Sequence record: PV400809.1
DNA length: 64,000 nt
Strand: one strand, 5' to 3'
In this document: positions 9,886 through 18,336 of the stretch, piece by piece
Numbering within the stretch: the stretch's first letter is position 1
How the letters are laid out: each line of letters starts with the position of its first letter
Notes under the pieces: model-generated
What the model saw: the letters and a program-made list of their open reading frames with translations, nothing else
What the model was told of the DNA's origin: nothing
Database searches by the model: none
Translations under genes and position numbers: made by a program

Positions 9886-11988
9886 TCAATGTTCATCAGA
9901 AACCAGCCTCGTTACCTTAGCATTTAAGATAAAGAGTCCTAACGCTTCTAGAATCGCATAAATGGATTTTAGGTTATGACTAACGATTCTGCGCTTGTCA
10001 ATAAACGGGATAAACTCTTTAGGGATTCCACCCATTTGATCTATCTGATCGGTGGGGATATAGATGGAACTCAGCTTATCTCGTCCTTTAAGGTGATTCG
10101 TCAACAGGGCTTTATAATTCGGGTCCTCGATGCTGTTAAAGAAGTCCTCCAGTTTCTTCTTACCGGTTAAGGTCAGGTTGATCTTGTAGGCCTTATATGG
10201 CAATGGGGGGGTATCCCCATACTTAGGAGCCAATACCTGGTCCCAGAACAAATGGTTGATGTACCGTTCGTTACTCTCTGGGTCTGTATACGCCGACGGG
10301 TCCTTAACCCCTTCAATCGCTAACCACGCCCAACCCCCTTCTTCCAGGTTGGCAAACAGTTGACGCTCGATGTCAGCCACTTCCCTCAAAATCTTAGGTG
10401 CATCCAGCTTCTCACGGGTGTACAATGCATCCAAGATTTTCCGCATGAGTTTCCCGGTGAACTCCCTCACCAATTCCGCAATCTTGACCCCTCGTAAGTG
10501 AACACCCTTCAAATCCAATTTCGGTTTCTTATTCAAGACCCCTTCCACCATGAGTTGCAACGCAAAGTAGTGTTTCGACATGGAGGTCGTGACATACGAC
10601 GCATACAAGTACTCATTCTTCATGTTCAACCGACGCTCGTACTTCTTAGCCACATTCATGTTGCGACTGAGTTTAGCATGCTGGTCGATCGCAATGTTGC
10701 GGATGAAGAAGGTTAGAACGCCATTGAACCTCAACGAAACCGTAGGGTCAGTCGAGAACTCCTGAATCAGTTGATCCACACTGTAAATACAGGCGTCTGT
10801 ATCAGAGGTCATTACGTTTTCACGAACCAACTCTTTCACGCTGTAAATGTCGGTGGGAGGGATAGAAGATTTGAGGAACGCACTAATGAAGTTCCCCCAG
10901 CGTTTCTCAACCTCCAAGTGATAACCATTCAAGAAGTTGATTTGGGCTTTACTGGACTTTTCCCCAAGCTTGGTTAAACACAGGATGTAATAATCCCCAT
11001 TCAAGGGTTTAGGATAATCCTCTTCCTTAACCCCTTCCGGAAACTCCGGGATATCGCACCATTCCTTAAAGAACCGTTTAATCAGATCTGGGTTGGTGGT
11101 ATACAGCCCTCTCAAATCCTGGGTACAGAGGATAATGGTCAGTTCTAAGGGGGTGAGATCCCTCAAGAACTGTTCAATAGCCCTGAGTTTAACAGGGTTA
11201 TCCCAGTAGTACGCGGTACACCGTCTCACCATGTCCATGACCTGGTCGACCGTGGCGTACGTCATCTCGTACTCATCAATCACCGTTTGGATTAAATCAC
11301 GGTCGGTGAACTGGAGCTGACTGACGAACAGTTCCATCGTCTTGTTGTAAGTTAACAACAAGCGGTTACCGGTAATTAACCGTTCATTGATCAGGTTAGC
11401 CGTACTGGTGAGGGCTCGGCAGGTGCTGGTGAGTGTCGTATGACCGGACTTATTGAACAAAGGGGTACCGGATGACGACATCCCGCCGGATTGAGAATTA
11501 TTAAAGATCTTTAAGGCATTCTGAATTTCATGGAACGCCTTCTCCGCTTCCTCGTCCCCAACGTCTTTAGCGGCTTGTTTCTTACCTTTGTACAACCGAC
11601 GGAACTCAATAAACTCTTCGGTGCCCGCCGCGTTAACAGATTGTTCTTCCTCTGTATTGGTATACGCGACCAAGGATGGGGAGAGGTGCCAGTTGTTCTC
11701 TCGGACCGCGTTAAAGAACTCCCGGGTTCCCATTACCGTCGGGACACGGTCTCCGTACTTGTCTTTCTTAAAGACCCCGAACTTGGCTTCTTTGAACCCA
11801 TTCTCATTCGGTACGAAGACCTTCTCACAAATCTCTAGCAGGTTCTCATAGTCCCACCCATACACAATGGAGAGGTAACGAGCCGCTAAGTAGTGGTACG
11901 CTTTCAGGAAGTTACGATTACTTTCATACGTTTTATCTATAAAGGGTGACTGATAAGGTTCAGTCTCTTGAGTCGCTGGAACATTCAT
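9886..11988 (-). CDS. Family B DNA polymerase, polymerase-domain subunit of the split phiKZ-type enzyme
   Basis: KIFNNSQSGG (KxxxNS motif), SDTD (motif C) and SKHY; no exonuclease motifs apparent. Confidence 0.85.
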   Translation of the reverse strand: MNVPATQETEPYQSPFIDKTYESNRNFLKAYHYLAARYLSIVYGWDYENLLEICEKVFVPNENGFKEAKFGVFKKDKYGDRVPTVMGTREFFNAVRENNWHLSPSLVAYTNTEEEQSVNAAGTEEFIEFRRLYKGKKQAAKDVGDEEAEKAFHEIQNALKIFNNSQSGGMSSSGTPLFNKSGHTTLTSTCRALTSTANLINERLITGNRLLLTYNKTMELFVSQLQFTDRDLIQTVIDEYEMTYATVDQVMDMVRRCTAYYWDNPVKLRAIEQFLRDLTPLELTIILCTQDLRGLYTTNPDLIKRFFKEWCDIPEFPEGVKEEDYPKPLNGDYYILCLTKLGEKSSKAQINFLNGYHLEVEKRWGNFISAFLKSSIPPTDIYSVKELVRENVMTSDTDACIYSVDQLIQEFSTDPTVSLRFNGVLTFFIRNIAIDQHAKLSRNMNVAKKYERRLNMKNEYLYASYVTTSMSKHYFALQLMVEGVLNKKPKLDLKGVHLRGVKIAELVREFTGKLMRKILDALYTREKLDAPKILREVADIERQLFANLEEGGWAWLAIEGVKDPSAYTDPESNERYINHLFWDQVLAPKYGDTPPLPYKAYKINLTLTGKKKLEDFFNSIEDPNYKALLTNHLKGRDKLSSIYIPTDQIDQMGGIPKEFIPFIDKRRIVSHNLKSIYAILEALGLFILNAKVTRLVSDEH

Positions 11989-12049
11989 ACGACTTTCTCT
12001 CTGTTCAAAACGTCTATTAAAAAAGACACGGGACGAAAAAATAAAGGTT

Positions 12050-12085
12050 CTACCACATCCCCTGTTTAAATAGAGGATGTGGTAG
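12050..12085 (-). terminator. Intrinsic terminator
   Basis: CTACCACATCC/GGATGTGGTAG stem followed by TTTATTTTTT. Confidence 0.75.
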
Positions 12086-12089
12086 TGAA

Positions 12090-12512
12090 TTAATTCTTGG
12101 TCGTGGTGGTGTCATGCACGGTATAACTCGCACCCAGGTTACGCAGCATGTTGGCAATAGGCCCCGCCATGGATTCCTGGTAATTGGTGATCGTGTAGGT
12201 GCGAATACGCCCTTCGATAGTCTTAAAGGTCGCATCGTTCACCCAGGGGACGCCAATGACCTCAAATTGCCCATTGGTGAGCTGTACCGCGAAGTACGGG
12301 TATTTGGAAGGATCGTCTACCCCACCCACTTTATTCTGGAAGTATTGAAACAGGTTACTGTGTTTTACATTGATCTGAGGATCCATGGCCTTAGCCGCTT
12401 GGTACGTCATAGAGGCTGAGATGACCAACACCCCCACCCGTTCATCCCCAAGGATGCCATTACGTACCAATTGGAAATCCACAATGTCATTGAGTCTGGG
12501 AGTAACTGCCAT
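12090..12512 (-). CDS. Hypothetical protein
   Basis: 140-aa ORF with a GAGG RBS. Confidence 0.75.
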   Translation of the reverse strand: MAVTPRLNDIVDFQLVRNGILGDERVGVLVISASMTYQAAKAMDPQINVKHSNLFQYFQNKVGGVDDPSKYPYFAVQLTNGQFEVIGVPWVNDATFKTIEGRIRTYTITNYQESMAGPIANMLRNLGASYTVHDTTTTKN

Positions 12513-12513
12513 A

Positions 12514-12894
12514 TTAACCTCGTATAAGCACTTCTATTTTGATCAGGGGTAACACCACGACTCTACCCTGAAGGTGAACCACCGCACACGGCCGTGAGCT
12601 CACCTGGAAGGTGTGGACAATGTCTTCCCCTTGATCGGAAAACAACACTTCGGTCAGTTGGGGATCCTCGTCTTCACTCTCAATCTCCAGGGAAGACCCC
12701 CATTCACCGTTCCTATTGAATGGTTGGAGGGTGGTTTCCAAGCGCTTTAAATGACGAGCAAGTAAGGCGTGGGTGAGGTACAAGTCAATGACATTCGATG
12801 GTGTATCCACCAGCAGGCCGTCAGTCTTCAACGAACGGTCTAATACGTATTCAGCTATCCGCTCATAATCAACTCGGAGGAAACGCTTTTTCAT
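12514..12894 (-). CDS. Hypothetical protein (small-gene array)
   Basis: 126-aa ORF overlapping its upstream neighbour. Confidence 0.65.
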   Translation of the reverse strand: MKKRFLRVDYERIAEYVLDRSLKTDGLLVDTPSNVIDLYLTHALLARHLKRLETTLQPFNRNGEWGSSLEIESEDEDPQLTEVLFSDQGEDIVHTFQVSSRPCAVVHLQGRVVVLPLIKIEVLIRG

Positions 12895-13192
12895 CTTGAC
12901 CGATCTCTGGGTAACCGAAAATAAAGGTGGCCATGTGGTTGTGGACCCTCACTTCCAGTAACCGAAGTAAAGGATGGTTCAACTTGAGTTGTTGGAACAG
13001 GCTCTTATCGTGAAAGAAACGTGTGGTGAGTGCCTGGTTCTCTTTTTCAATCGGATGCGTAAAGCCTGCTGACAGCGGGAATGGAATGTTCTCTTGGATC
13101 TGTAAGGCGTTCAACAACGCTTTATACGCCCCCAGGAATTCCTTATGATCGGTCAACGGGGGTATAGGTACTGAGTGGGACAAGGTTTTCAT
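12869..13192 (-). CDS. Hypothetical protein (small-gene array)
   Basis: 107-aa ORF overlapping both neighbours. Confidence 0.6.
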   Translation of the reverse strand: MKTLSHSVPIPPLTDHKEFLGAYKALLNALQIQENIPFPLSAGFTHPIEKENQALTTRFFHDKSLFQQLKLNHPLLRLLEVRVHNHMATFIFGYPEIGQDEKAFPPS

Positions 13193-13502
13193 CTTCTATC
13201 TCCAAGATAATGGTGAGGGGGAGAACTTTCCAGCTAACCAATCGCCCAGCCAGTGCTAACTCACGAATTTGCTGACTAATCGCCAGTAATGGCTGTTGAA
13301 GAGTGTTCCACAGGGTTTGAGCGGTCAGTTCATCCAATTCCAATTCATTGAAAATCAACTCTCGGGTCATTCCCTCGTTATGATCATTCATTCGCCAGAT
13401 ATGTACCAGGGTCGCTATCACCGAATAGGTCTGCTCAGGCTTTAAGCCAGCGTTCGTAAAACAACGGTTCACCAACGCGAGGGGAATGGTTTTCGTAATC
13501 AT
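13143..13502 (-). CDS. Hypothetical protein (small-gene array)
   Basis: 119-aa ORF overlapping both neighbours. Confidence 0.65.
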   Translation of the reverse strand: MITKTIPLALVNRCFTNAGLKPEQTYSVIATLVHIWRMNDHNEGMTRELIFNELELDELTAQTLWNTLQQPLLAISQQIRELALAGRLVSWKVLPLTIILEIEDENLVPLSTYTPVDRS

Positions 13503-13930
13503 AATAAATCCCTCTTATCGATCCCAACTAAGAGATTGCCATTCGGCAGCACCCGGTACACCACCGGGTGACTAAACGCGGTATAGGGGCTGGGGAGGGT
13601 TATTAAACGGCTTAAATGAGCTACTGCATCAGTCACCAACTCATTTCGATCGTCTGGTAACAGGTACTTGTCCGCTTGCCTACGGGGAAAGACGTTAGGA
13701 GACTCTTCCAACTCAAAGCCGCGATTAAAGACTAAACACTCATCAATGGCTTTCTGTAGGACCCCTAAGGCTACTTCGTCGCAATGTTCAGTAACCGATT
13801 TTCCGGTAATCTTCCCGGTAACTAGGTATCCAACCTGACTCCTGATTTCCTTTAACAACCACTGGACGTCGATCTGGTAGTACCGGAACTCTCCTTGGGG
13901 TTTTGCTAGATCGTAGTGAAATGATTTCAT
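13499..13930 (-). CDS. Hypothetical protein (small-gene array)
   Basis: Start tentatively reassigned to MKSFHYDL; weak RBS. Confidence 0.55.
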   Translation of the reverse strand: MKSFHYDLAKPQGEFRYYQIDVQWLLKEIRSQVGYLVTGKITGKSVTEHCDEVALGVLQKAIDECLVFNRGFELEESPNVFPRRQADKYLLPDDRNELVTDAVAHLSRLITLPSPYTAFSHPVVYRVLPNGNLLVGIDKRDLL

Positions 13931-14354
13931 TGAGCATCTCGACTTCTGGATGGTCACTAATAACGTCATTGAGACGAACCGGTTCTGTTGCATTCGAAGA
14001 CAATGCTTGGAGGGTTTCATCCAAATCCATTACAATACGGGCTTTATGATACCCACTCCCGACCTGCTTGAATTCCACCTTCGCCTTCAAACGACTGTCC
14101 CACCCCAGCTTACGCGCGGTGTGTTTAATGACCTTTACGAGATCCAGAACGATACGGTCGGTATTCAGTATCCCTACGTTAAACTCATAATGCTCCAACA
14201 GGTCATCCAGGATCCCGTCACACAAAGAAGGATTATTGAAGATACTCAAGGCCGTTTCAATCAAGTCCTTAATAATGGTCTCTCGTTCTACCCGAGACAA
14301 TTCAGATGGCATGAGGATACCATTCGTCATCTCCTTCACATTGAACAGTAACAT
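13788..14354 (-). CDS. Hypothetical protein (small-gene array)
   Basis: Start MLLFNVKEM at 14354 with an AAGGAG RBS. Confidence 0.65.
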   Translation of the reverse strand: MLLFNVKEMTNGILMPSELSRVERETIIKDLIETALSIFNNPSLCDGILDDLLEHYEFNVGILNTDRIVLDLVKVIKHTARKLGWDSRLKAKVEFKQVGSGYHKARIVMDLDETLQALSSNATEPVRLNDVISDHPEVEMLNEIISLRSSKTPRRVPVLPDRRPVVVKGNQESGWIPSYREDYRKIGY

Positions 14355-14368
14355 GGGACGAGATCTCC

Positions 14369-14662
14369 TTAATAAACAAATGTAATCAATAACCGTTGGG
14401 AGCACTTCCCAATCCCACGAATACGAACCTGTGCATCACTCGGTACACCGATCGTGAATTTCGTGATGTCCTCCTCCAGAGACGGAATAAAGACCGCAGC
14501 TCGACGATTCAGACTGCGTTCGTTCAGGTTGTGGTACCCTAACGCCTGTAAACAGTGTACCACGTCAAACCGGTCTATTTTCCTTAACACGACGTTTTTA
14601 CCTGAACCGGTAGGTCGGTATAGGTAACCCCTTGATAAATCAACAGAGAAGCTTATAGCCAC
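14369..14662 (-). CDS. Hypothetical protein (small-gene array)
   Basis: 97-aa ORF preceded by an AAGG RBS. Confidence 0.6.
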   Translation of the reverse strand: MAISFSVDLSRGYLYRPTGSGKNVVLRKIDRFDVVHCLQALGYHNLNERSLNRRAAVFIPSLEEDITKFTIGVPSDAQVRIRGIGKCSQRLLITFVY

Positions 14663-14751
14663 CTTCTAGCCCCTATATTTAATTAAGCCTGTATAATAAT
14701 GTCCATTTCAGTAAAAACCCATTATAAAAAATACCCCAAAGCGTAATAAAG

Positions 14752-14785
14752 GCTAAGGTAGGGAGCTCGCGCTCCCTACCTTAGC
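14752..14785 (-). terminator. Intrinsic terminator of phuZ
   Basis: Perfect 15-bp stem GCTAAGGTAGGGAGC/GCTCCCTACCTTAGC followed by CTTTATT. Confidence 0.8.
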
Positions 14786-14800
14786 GATTCACTGTCTGTC

Positions 14801-15763
14801 TTACAGCATGAAGCCCAGATCGTTCGATCCTTCCGAAATGTCCTTCTGTTGAGAGAAGTCAACGGCAGCTTGAGCTTGAACCGTTTCCAACCCTTCGATC
14901 TCTTTCTCCAGTTCTTCCAGGGCTTCACCGTGATCGAGGGTCACGTGCAGCTCTTTGATGTCCTCCGGACGATCACTGTTGGGGGAGAAGATACCCGTCG
15001 TCCGGTAAACCGATCCCATAAACCGAGGAACCACGTCATCGTTGTTCGGGTACAGGCTGGCGACCGAGACCGGTACCTTACCGGTATAGTCCGCTGCACC
15101 ATCCTGGTCGTAGAAATGAATACGACTCAACGCCGGCCTGGTTTTACCCCCCGCCGAGTAATTGAAGAAGCGTTTAATGTCTTCCTCATCGATTTCCGTA
15201 TTACCGGGATCAAAGAGGAGACTCAGGAGATTCAGTGAATCAATCGCCTGAAGGTTGACTTCCTTACGGGTCAGGTTCGGCGTATTGAGGAACTCCATGT
15301 AGCACACCGGACGGTTCAGCTGATTGGGTTGGCACTGGTTAGCAAAGGAACGGAGGGCATTGACTGCGTTTTCTTTATCCACCAGGGAGGTGTGTTCCGA
15401 GATCAGGCAGAGAATGACGTTCTTACCCGACTCGACCAGCAGGCGCAACGCAATCATCGCCATAACACGCCCAGTACCACCAGCGGTACTGGCTACGATG
15501 ATGTTGTGAACACCGGGACGGTGTTTCTTCAGGTTAGCGGCTACGAAGGGGAGGAGTTTATCGTAGTGCTTGGTGGAATCCTTACCACTCCCGTTCACCC
15601 CTTCGAGTTGCTCAATGGGGAACGCCGCCGTGAAGTTCTTATCACTGGTATCGAAGCCTACCATCCCCGCATCACTGTTCACACGCGTACGGGAATATTC
15701 TTTCAAACCCGCACCAATGTTGATACCCGCACCGCCCATGAGGTAGTATTGAATCTGAGACAT
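14801..15763 (-). CDS. phuZ: PhuZ/TubZ phage tubulin
   Basis: GGAGINIG N-terminal loop, STAGGTG tubulin signature, acidic C-terminal tail ending DLGFML; start reassigned to MSQIQYY. Confidence 0.9.
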   Translation of the reverse strand: MSQIQYYLMGGAGINIGAGLKEYSRTRVNSDAGMVGFDTSDKNFTAAFPIEQLEGVNGSGKDSTKHYDKLLPFVAANLKKHRPGVHNIIVASTAGGTGRVMAMIALRLLVESGKNVILCLISEHTSLVDKENAVNALRSFANQCQPNQLNRPVCYMEFLNTPNLTRKEVNLQAIDSLNLLSLLFDPGNTEIDEEDIKRFFNYSAGGKTRPALSRIHFYDQDGAADYTGKVPVSVASLYPNNDDVVPRFMGSVYRTTGIFSPNSDRPEDIKELHVTLDHGEALEELEKEIEGLETVQAQAAVDFSQQKDISEGSNDLGFML

Positions 15764-15860
15764 ATCGAATCGCTCTCTTTGGTTTACAGGGAAGTCATTA
15801 AAAAGGACTATTCTCCAATAGCCTGCTAATAATTTAGGTTTCAAATTATCTAGCGTAATC

Positions 15861-16062
15861 AAAAAAAAAAGACTAACGGGTGGGTAACCGCCGATATAAC
15901 CATAACACCACCCGTTAGCGCATCCAAGAGGATCAATAACGTTGTACCCTTACAGTGACCTAGAGAACCATGGCGTGGAAACAGGTCACTTTAACGGTAT
16001 AAGATATTCCCTCCTGGGTAAATAAAAAACAAAAGAAGTAAGACCTCCAGCTCTACATCATA
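15861..16062 (-). ncRNA. Candidate small RNA or attenuator upstream of phuZ
   Basis: No convincing ORF; AGTGACCT/AGGTCACT hairpin; 11-bp terminal stem CTAACGGGTGG/CCACCCGTTAG plus T10; early-promoter-like motif just upstream. Confidence 0.45.
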
Positions 16063-16080
16063 GTGACATAGAGCTGGAGG
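16044..16080 (-). terminator. Terminator hairpin overlapping an early-promoter-like motif
   Basis: 12-bp stem CCTCCAGCTCTA/TAGAGCTGGAGG, then TCTTACTTCTTTTGTTTTTTATT; contains CTCCAGC-TCTATGTCAC. Confidence 0.65.
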
Positions 16081-16271
16081 GGCGGAGCGTTTTGTAGGCA
16101 ACCCTCTCAAGCCTGACAGAATAGGCTTGGGCAGTTGAGGGGTGGTGGGTGTCTAACACTCCTAACCTTCCCACCAGGACCGGCGATGGAGTGAATGCAG
16201 GTCATCGGCATAAAATACCTGCACACTGTGGTTTCCATCGCCTACATTCTGAGTGTCTTACCCCCTAGGGA
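16081..16271 (-). ncRNA. Candidate structured RNA or long structured 3' UTR of the peptidase gene
   Basis: Consecutive stems GGCGATGGA/TCCATCGCC (with inner GCAGGT/ACCTGC), GGTGG/CCACC and CAAGCCT/AGGCTTG. Confidence 0.35.
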
Positions 16272-16820
16272 TTATTTTTCTGCCTTATCAGCGACCGGTT
16301 CAGGGCGCTTACTGGGGGTTGCTGGAATAGAAGGGAGTTCCCAGGTCTCAATACGACCACCGGAATAGACATCCAGCTTACAGGCCGCTTTAACTGCATC
16401 CACCGCGCTTTTACCAACCGCCATCACCGCACTGGCGTAAACGCTCCCTGATCCAATCGCAAACGGGGGTTGTACGCCCGACACCGTGAAAGCCATACTC
16501 CCGTCTCGTTGTTTATATGCTGAAACCATCCAAACATTACCCTGTTCACCCACACAGAGCAGATTCGAATCCCCAACGAGGTGGTCGGGTGCTTTGGTCT
16601 TAAAGGTAACACCCTCACTCAACAGTTCTTTAAAGGCCAACAGATCCGTCAGACTCCCCGACAAACCAAAACAGATAATACGGTCACCGTTGACACTCCA
16701 GTACTCTTCTTCCCCCGGTTCGTGGATTTTACGTTGCTCTCCGAGGTTGATCATATCGGCCCCGTTGACCACACGGGTATCCGCTGCCATTACACCGTCA
16801 CGATAAGCAATCGTTGTCAT
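16272..16820 (-). CDS. Ntn-hydrolase peptidase (HslV/proteasome beta-like)
   Basis: M-TTIAY N-terminus giving Thr1, plus AADT, GSGS and DVYSGG motifs. Confidence 0.85.
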   Translation of the reverse strand: MTTIAYRDGVMAADTRVVNGADMINLGEQRKIHEPGEEEYWSVNGDRIICFGLSGSLTDLLAFKELLSEGVTFKTKAPDHLVGDSNLLCVGEQGNVWMVSAYKQRDGSMAFTVSGVQPPFAIGSGSVYASAVMAVGKSAVDAVKAACKLDVYSGGRIETWELPSIPATPSKRPEPVADKAEK

Positions 16821-16892
16821 TACACACTCTTCCTCTTCTGGGTTTAACAAAACATATCAATACGAATAACCGTATTCTTTCATTACCCAATG

Positions 16893-16909
16893 ATAATGTA
16901 GAACTGAAA
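16893..16909 (-). promoter_or_regulatory. Early promoter candidate
   Basis: TTTCAGT-TCTACATTAT; 14/17 identical to the motif at 40681-40697. Confidence 0.5.
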
Positions 16910-16920
16910 TCCATTAACCT

Positions 16921-17446
16921 TAATTGCAATATTGCAGTATAAACCCTATACGCCGGCTTCCCTGTTCGGGAATGCCGGTCGGGGTAATTAACTTTGAAAG
17001 GGGTACTTCTTTAAGAGTAAATGAAATTTAGGGAATATTTAAAAGGTATTTTTCCCATTTTCATTTCCTCTTCATTTTTCCTTTTTTAAATAAAAAAGTA
17101 ATTTCCTATAATAATAATAAATAGTAAAGTTAAATTTTATTGCCTTATAAGCCCCTCCGGGGCTTATATAAAGAGCAAAAGCTATTACGGAGTAATAGGT
17201 TTTTCCTTCGGATTTTCTCTTTTCTCTTCTCTGGACTCTACCTTCGGTAGGGCCTCCTCCCCCAAGATTCTTTACTCCTTCACTCCACTCGCCGTAGGCT
17301 CATGTCGCTCAGTCCTAAAGAATCTTACCCCCTCCTCCAAAATGAGAATTGAGTAAGTGGAACATATAATGGAAACCGAATAATGAATTACTGGAAGATG
17401 TTATGATTCCCTAATCCTAGTTAACGGGTTTATATAAACCCGTTAA
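16921..17446. other. AT-rich non-coding region with clustered inverted repeats; candidate replication origin
   Basis: No ORF; A/T tracts; hairpins at 17146-17168, 17182-17198, 17238-17250 and 17264-17326; perfect 26-bp palindrome at 17421-17446. Confidence 0.45.
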
Positions 17447-17471
17447 GGTTTGTCAGACGAGGTCACCTTAA

Positions 17472-18320
17472 ATGAATCCAGTAGACCATGCGATCAATCG
17501 TGTCGTAAGTGGCAGTGATATCGATGAGTACTTGTTGAAGCTCGCTTTTGAAACCCCCAATGCGAACTATGCGGGGAATTGGTATAACCTGGTTAACCAG
17601 ACAACCGTGGAACAGGGTATACGGGAGAAAGTGATTCACCGTATTGTTCTACCGGAATGTAACGTAGGGGGTGGGAAGACGGAGTTGTTGGATCTGGGAG
17701 GATCCATGATCCGTGATCGGGGGAATGGGTGTGTAGAGGTGAACGTACCGGAAGCGACGACTCGGGGTGCTAAGATCATCAGTGTGACAGAAGTCTACCT
17801 GGGGAGTATGAGTTCCGCAGTTGGTCAGTTAGGGGCCGGGGTGAATGAGAACACGATGTGTGGGTCCGGAGTACTGAATGACATGATGGATGGCTTACTG
17901 GGGGGATTGAGTTCTAACCGCAGTATGCCAGTCACGTTCACCAATGTCCATATGACCGGTAATAACTGCTTTGTGATCTTTGGGTTGAATGCGGGAACGT
18001 ATTCCATGAGTGCTAAAGTAATCTTGGAATACGATGAAGGGATGAGCAGTATTCACCCTCGTCATTACCGGCAGTTCGCAGAGCTCGTTGAATTGGCCGT
18101 TAAGGCGTATATTTACAAAACCTGTAGGCGACCTACCCAAGAGGCGGTTTATCGCTCAGGCGTTCCCCTAGACGCCATACGGGACGATATACAGGCCTAC
18201 AGTGACGCGTGGACCCAATACAAAGAGTATTTCAAGAACACCTGGATCAACTGCATGACGTGGTCGGATAAACAAGCCCGTATTGAAGCAATACGGATGG
18301 CAACACCACGTCGGAATTAA
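17472..18320 (+). CDS. Conserved hypothetical, probably virion protein
   Basis: 282-aa ORF with a GAGG RBS; terminase-block synteny. Confidence 0.7.
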   Translation: MNPVDHAINRVVSGSDIDEYLLKLAFETPNANYAGNWYNLVNQTTVEQGIREKVIHRIVLPECNVGGGKTELLDLGGSMIRDRGNGCVEVNVPEATTRGAKIISVTEVYLGSMSSAVGQLGAGVNENTMCGSGVLNDMMDGLLGGLSSNRSMPVTFTNVHMTGNNCFVIFGLNAGTYSMSAKVILEYDEGMSSIHPRHYRQFAELVELAVKAYIYKTCRRPTQEAVYRSGVPLDAIRDDIQAYSDAWTQYKEYFKNTWINCMTWSDKQARIEAIRMATPRRN

Positions 18321-18336
18321 CCAAGAGGGGTTTTCA

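Noticed and set aside
15764-15862. N-terminal extension of PhuZ from a TTG start
   Set aside because: The start sits in a terminator T-run with no RBS; the tubulin fold begins at MSQIQYY
17204-17250. cUUCGg RNA tetraloops at 17206 and 17242
   Set aside because: In the tetraloop register the next pair is a mismatch; the stems only close as triloops, which favours the DNA-hairpin reading
15861-17446. CRISPR array or tRNA in the hairpin-rich gap
   Set aside because: No equal-length direct repeats with spacers, and no cloverleaf or T-loop consensus found by eye
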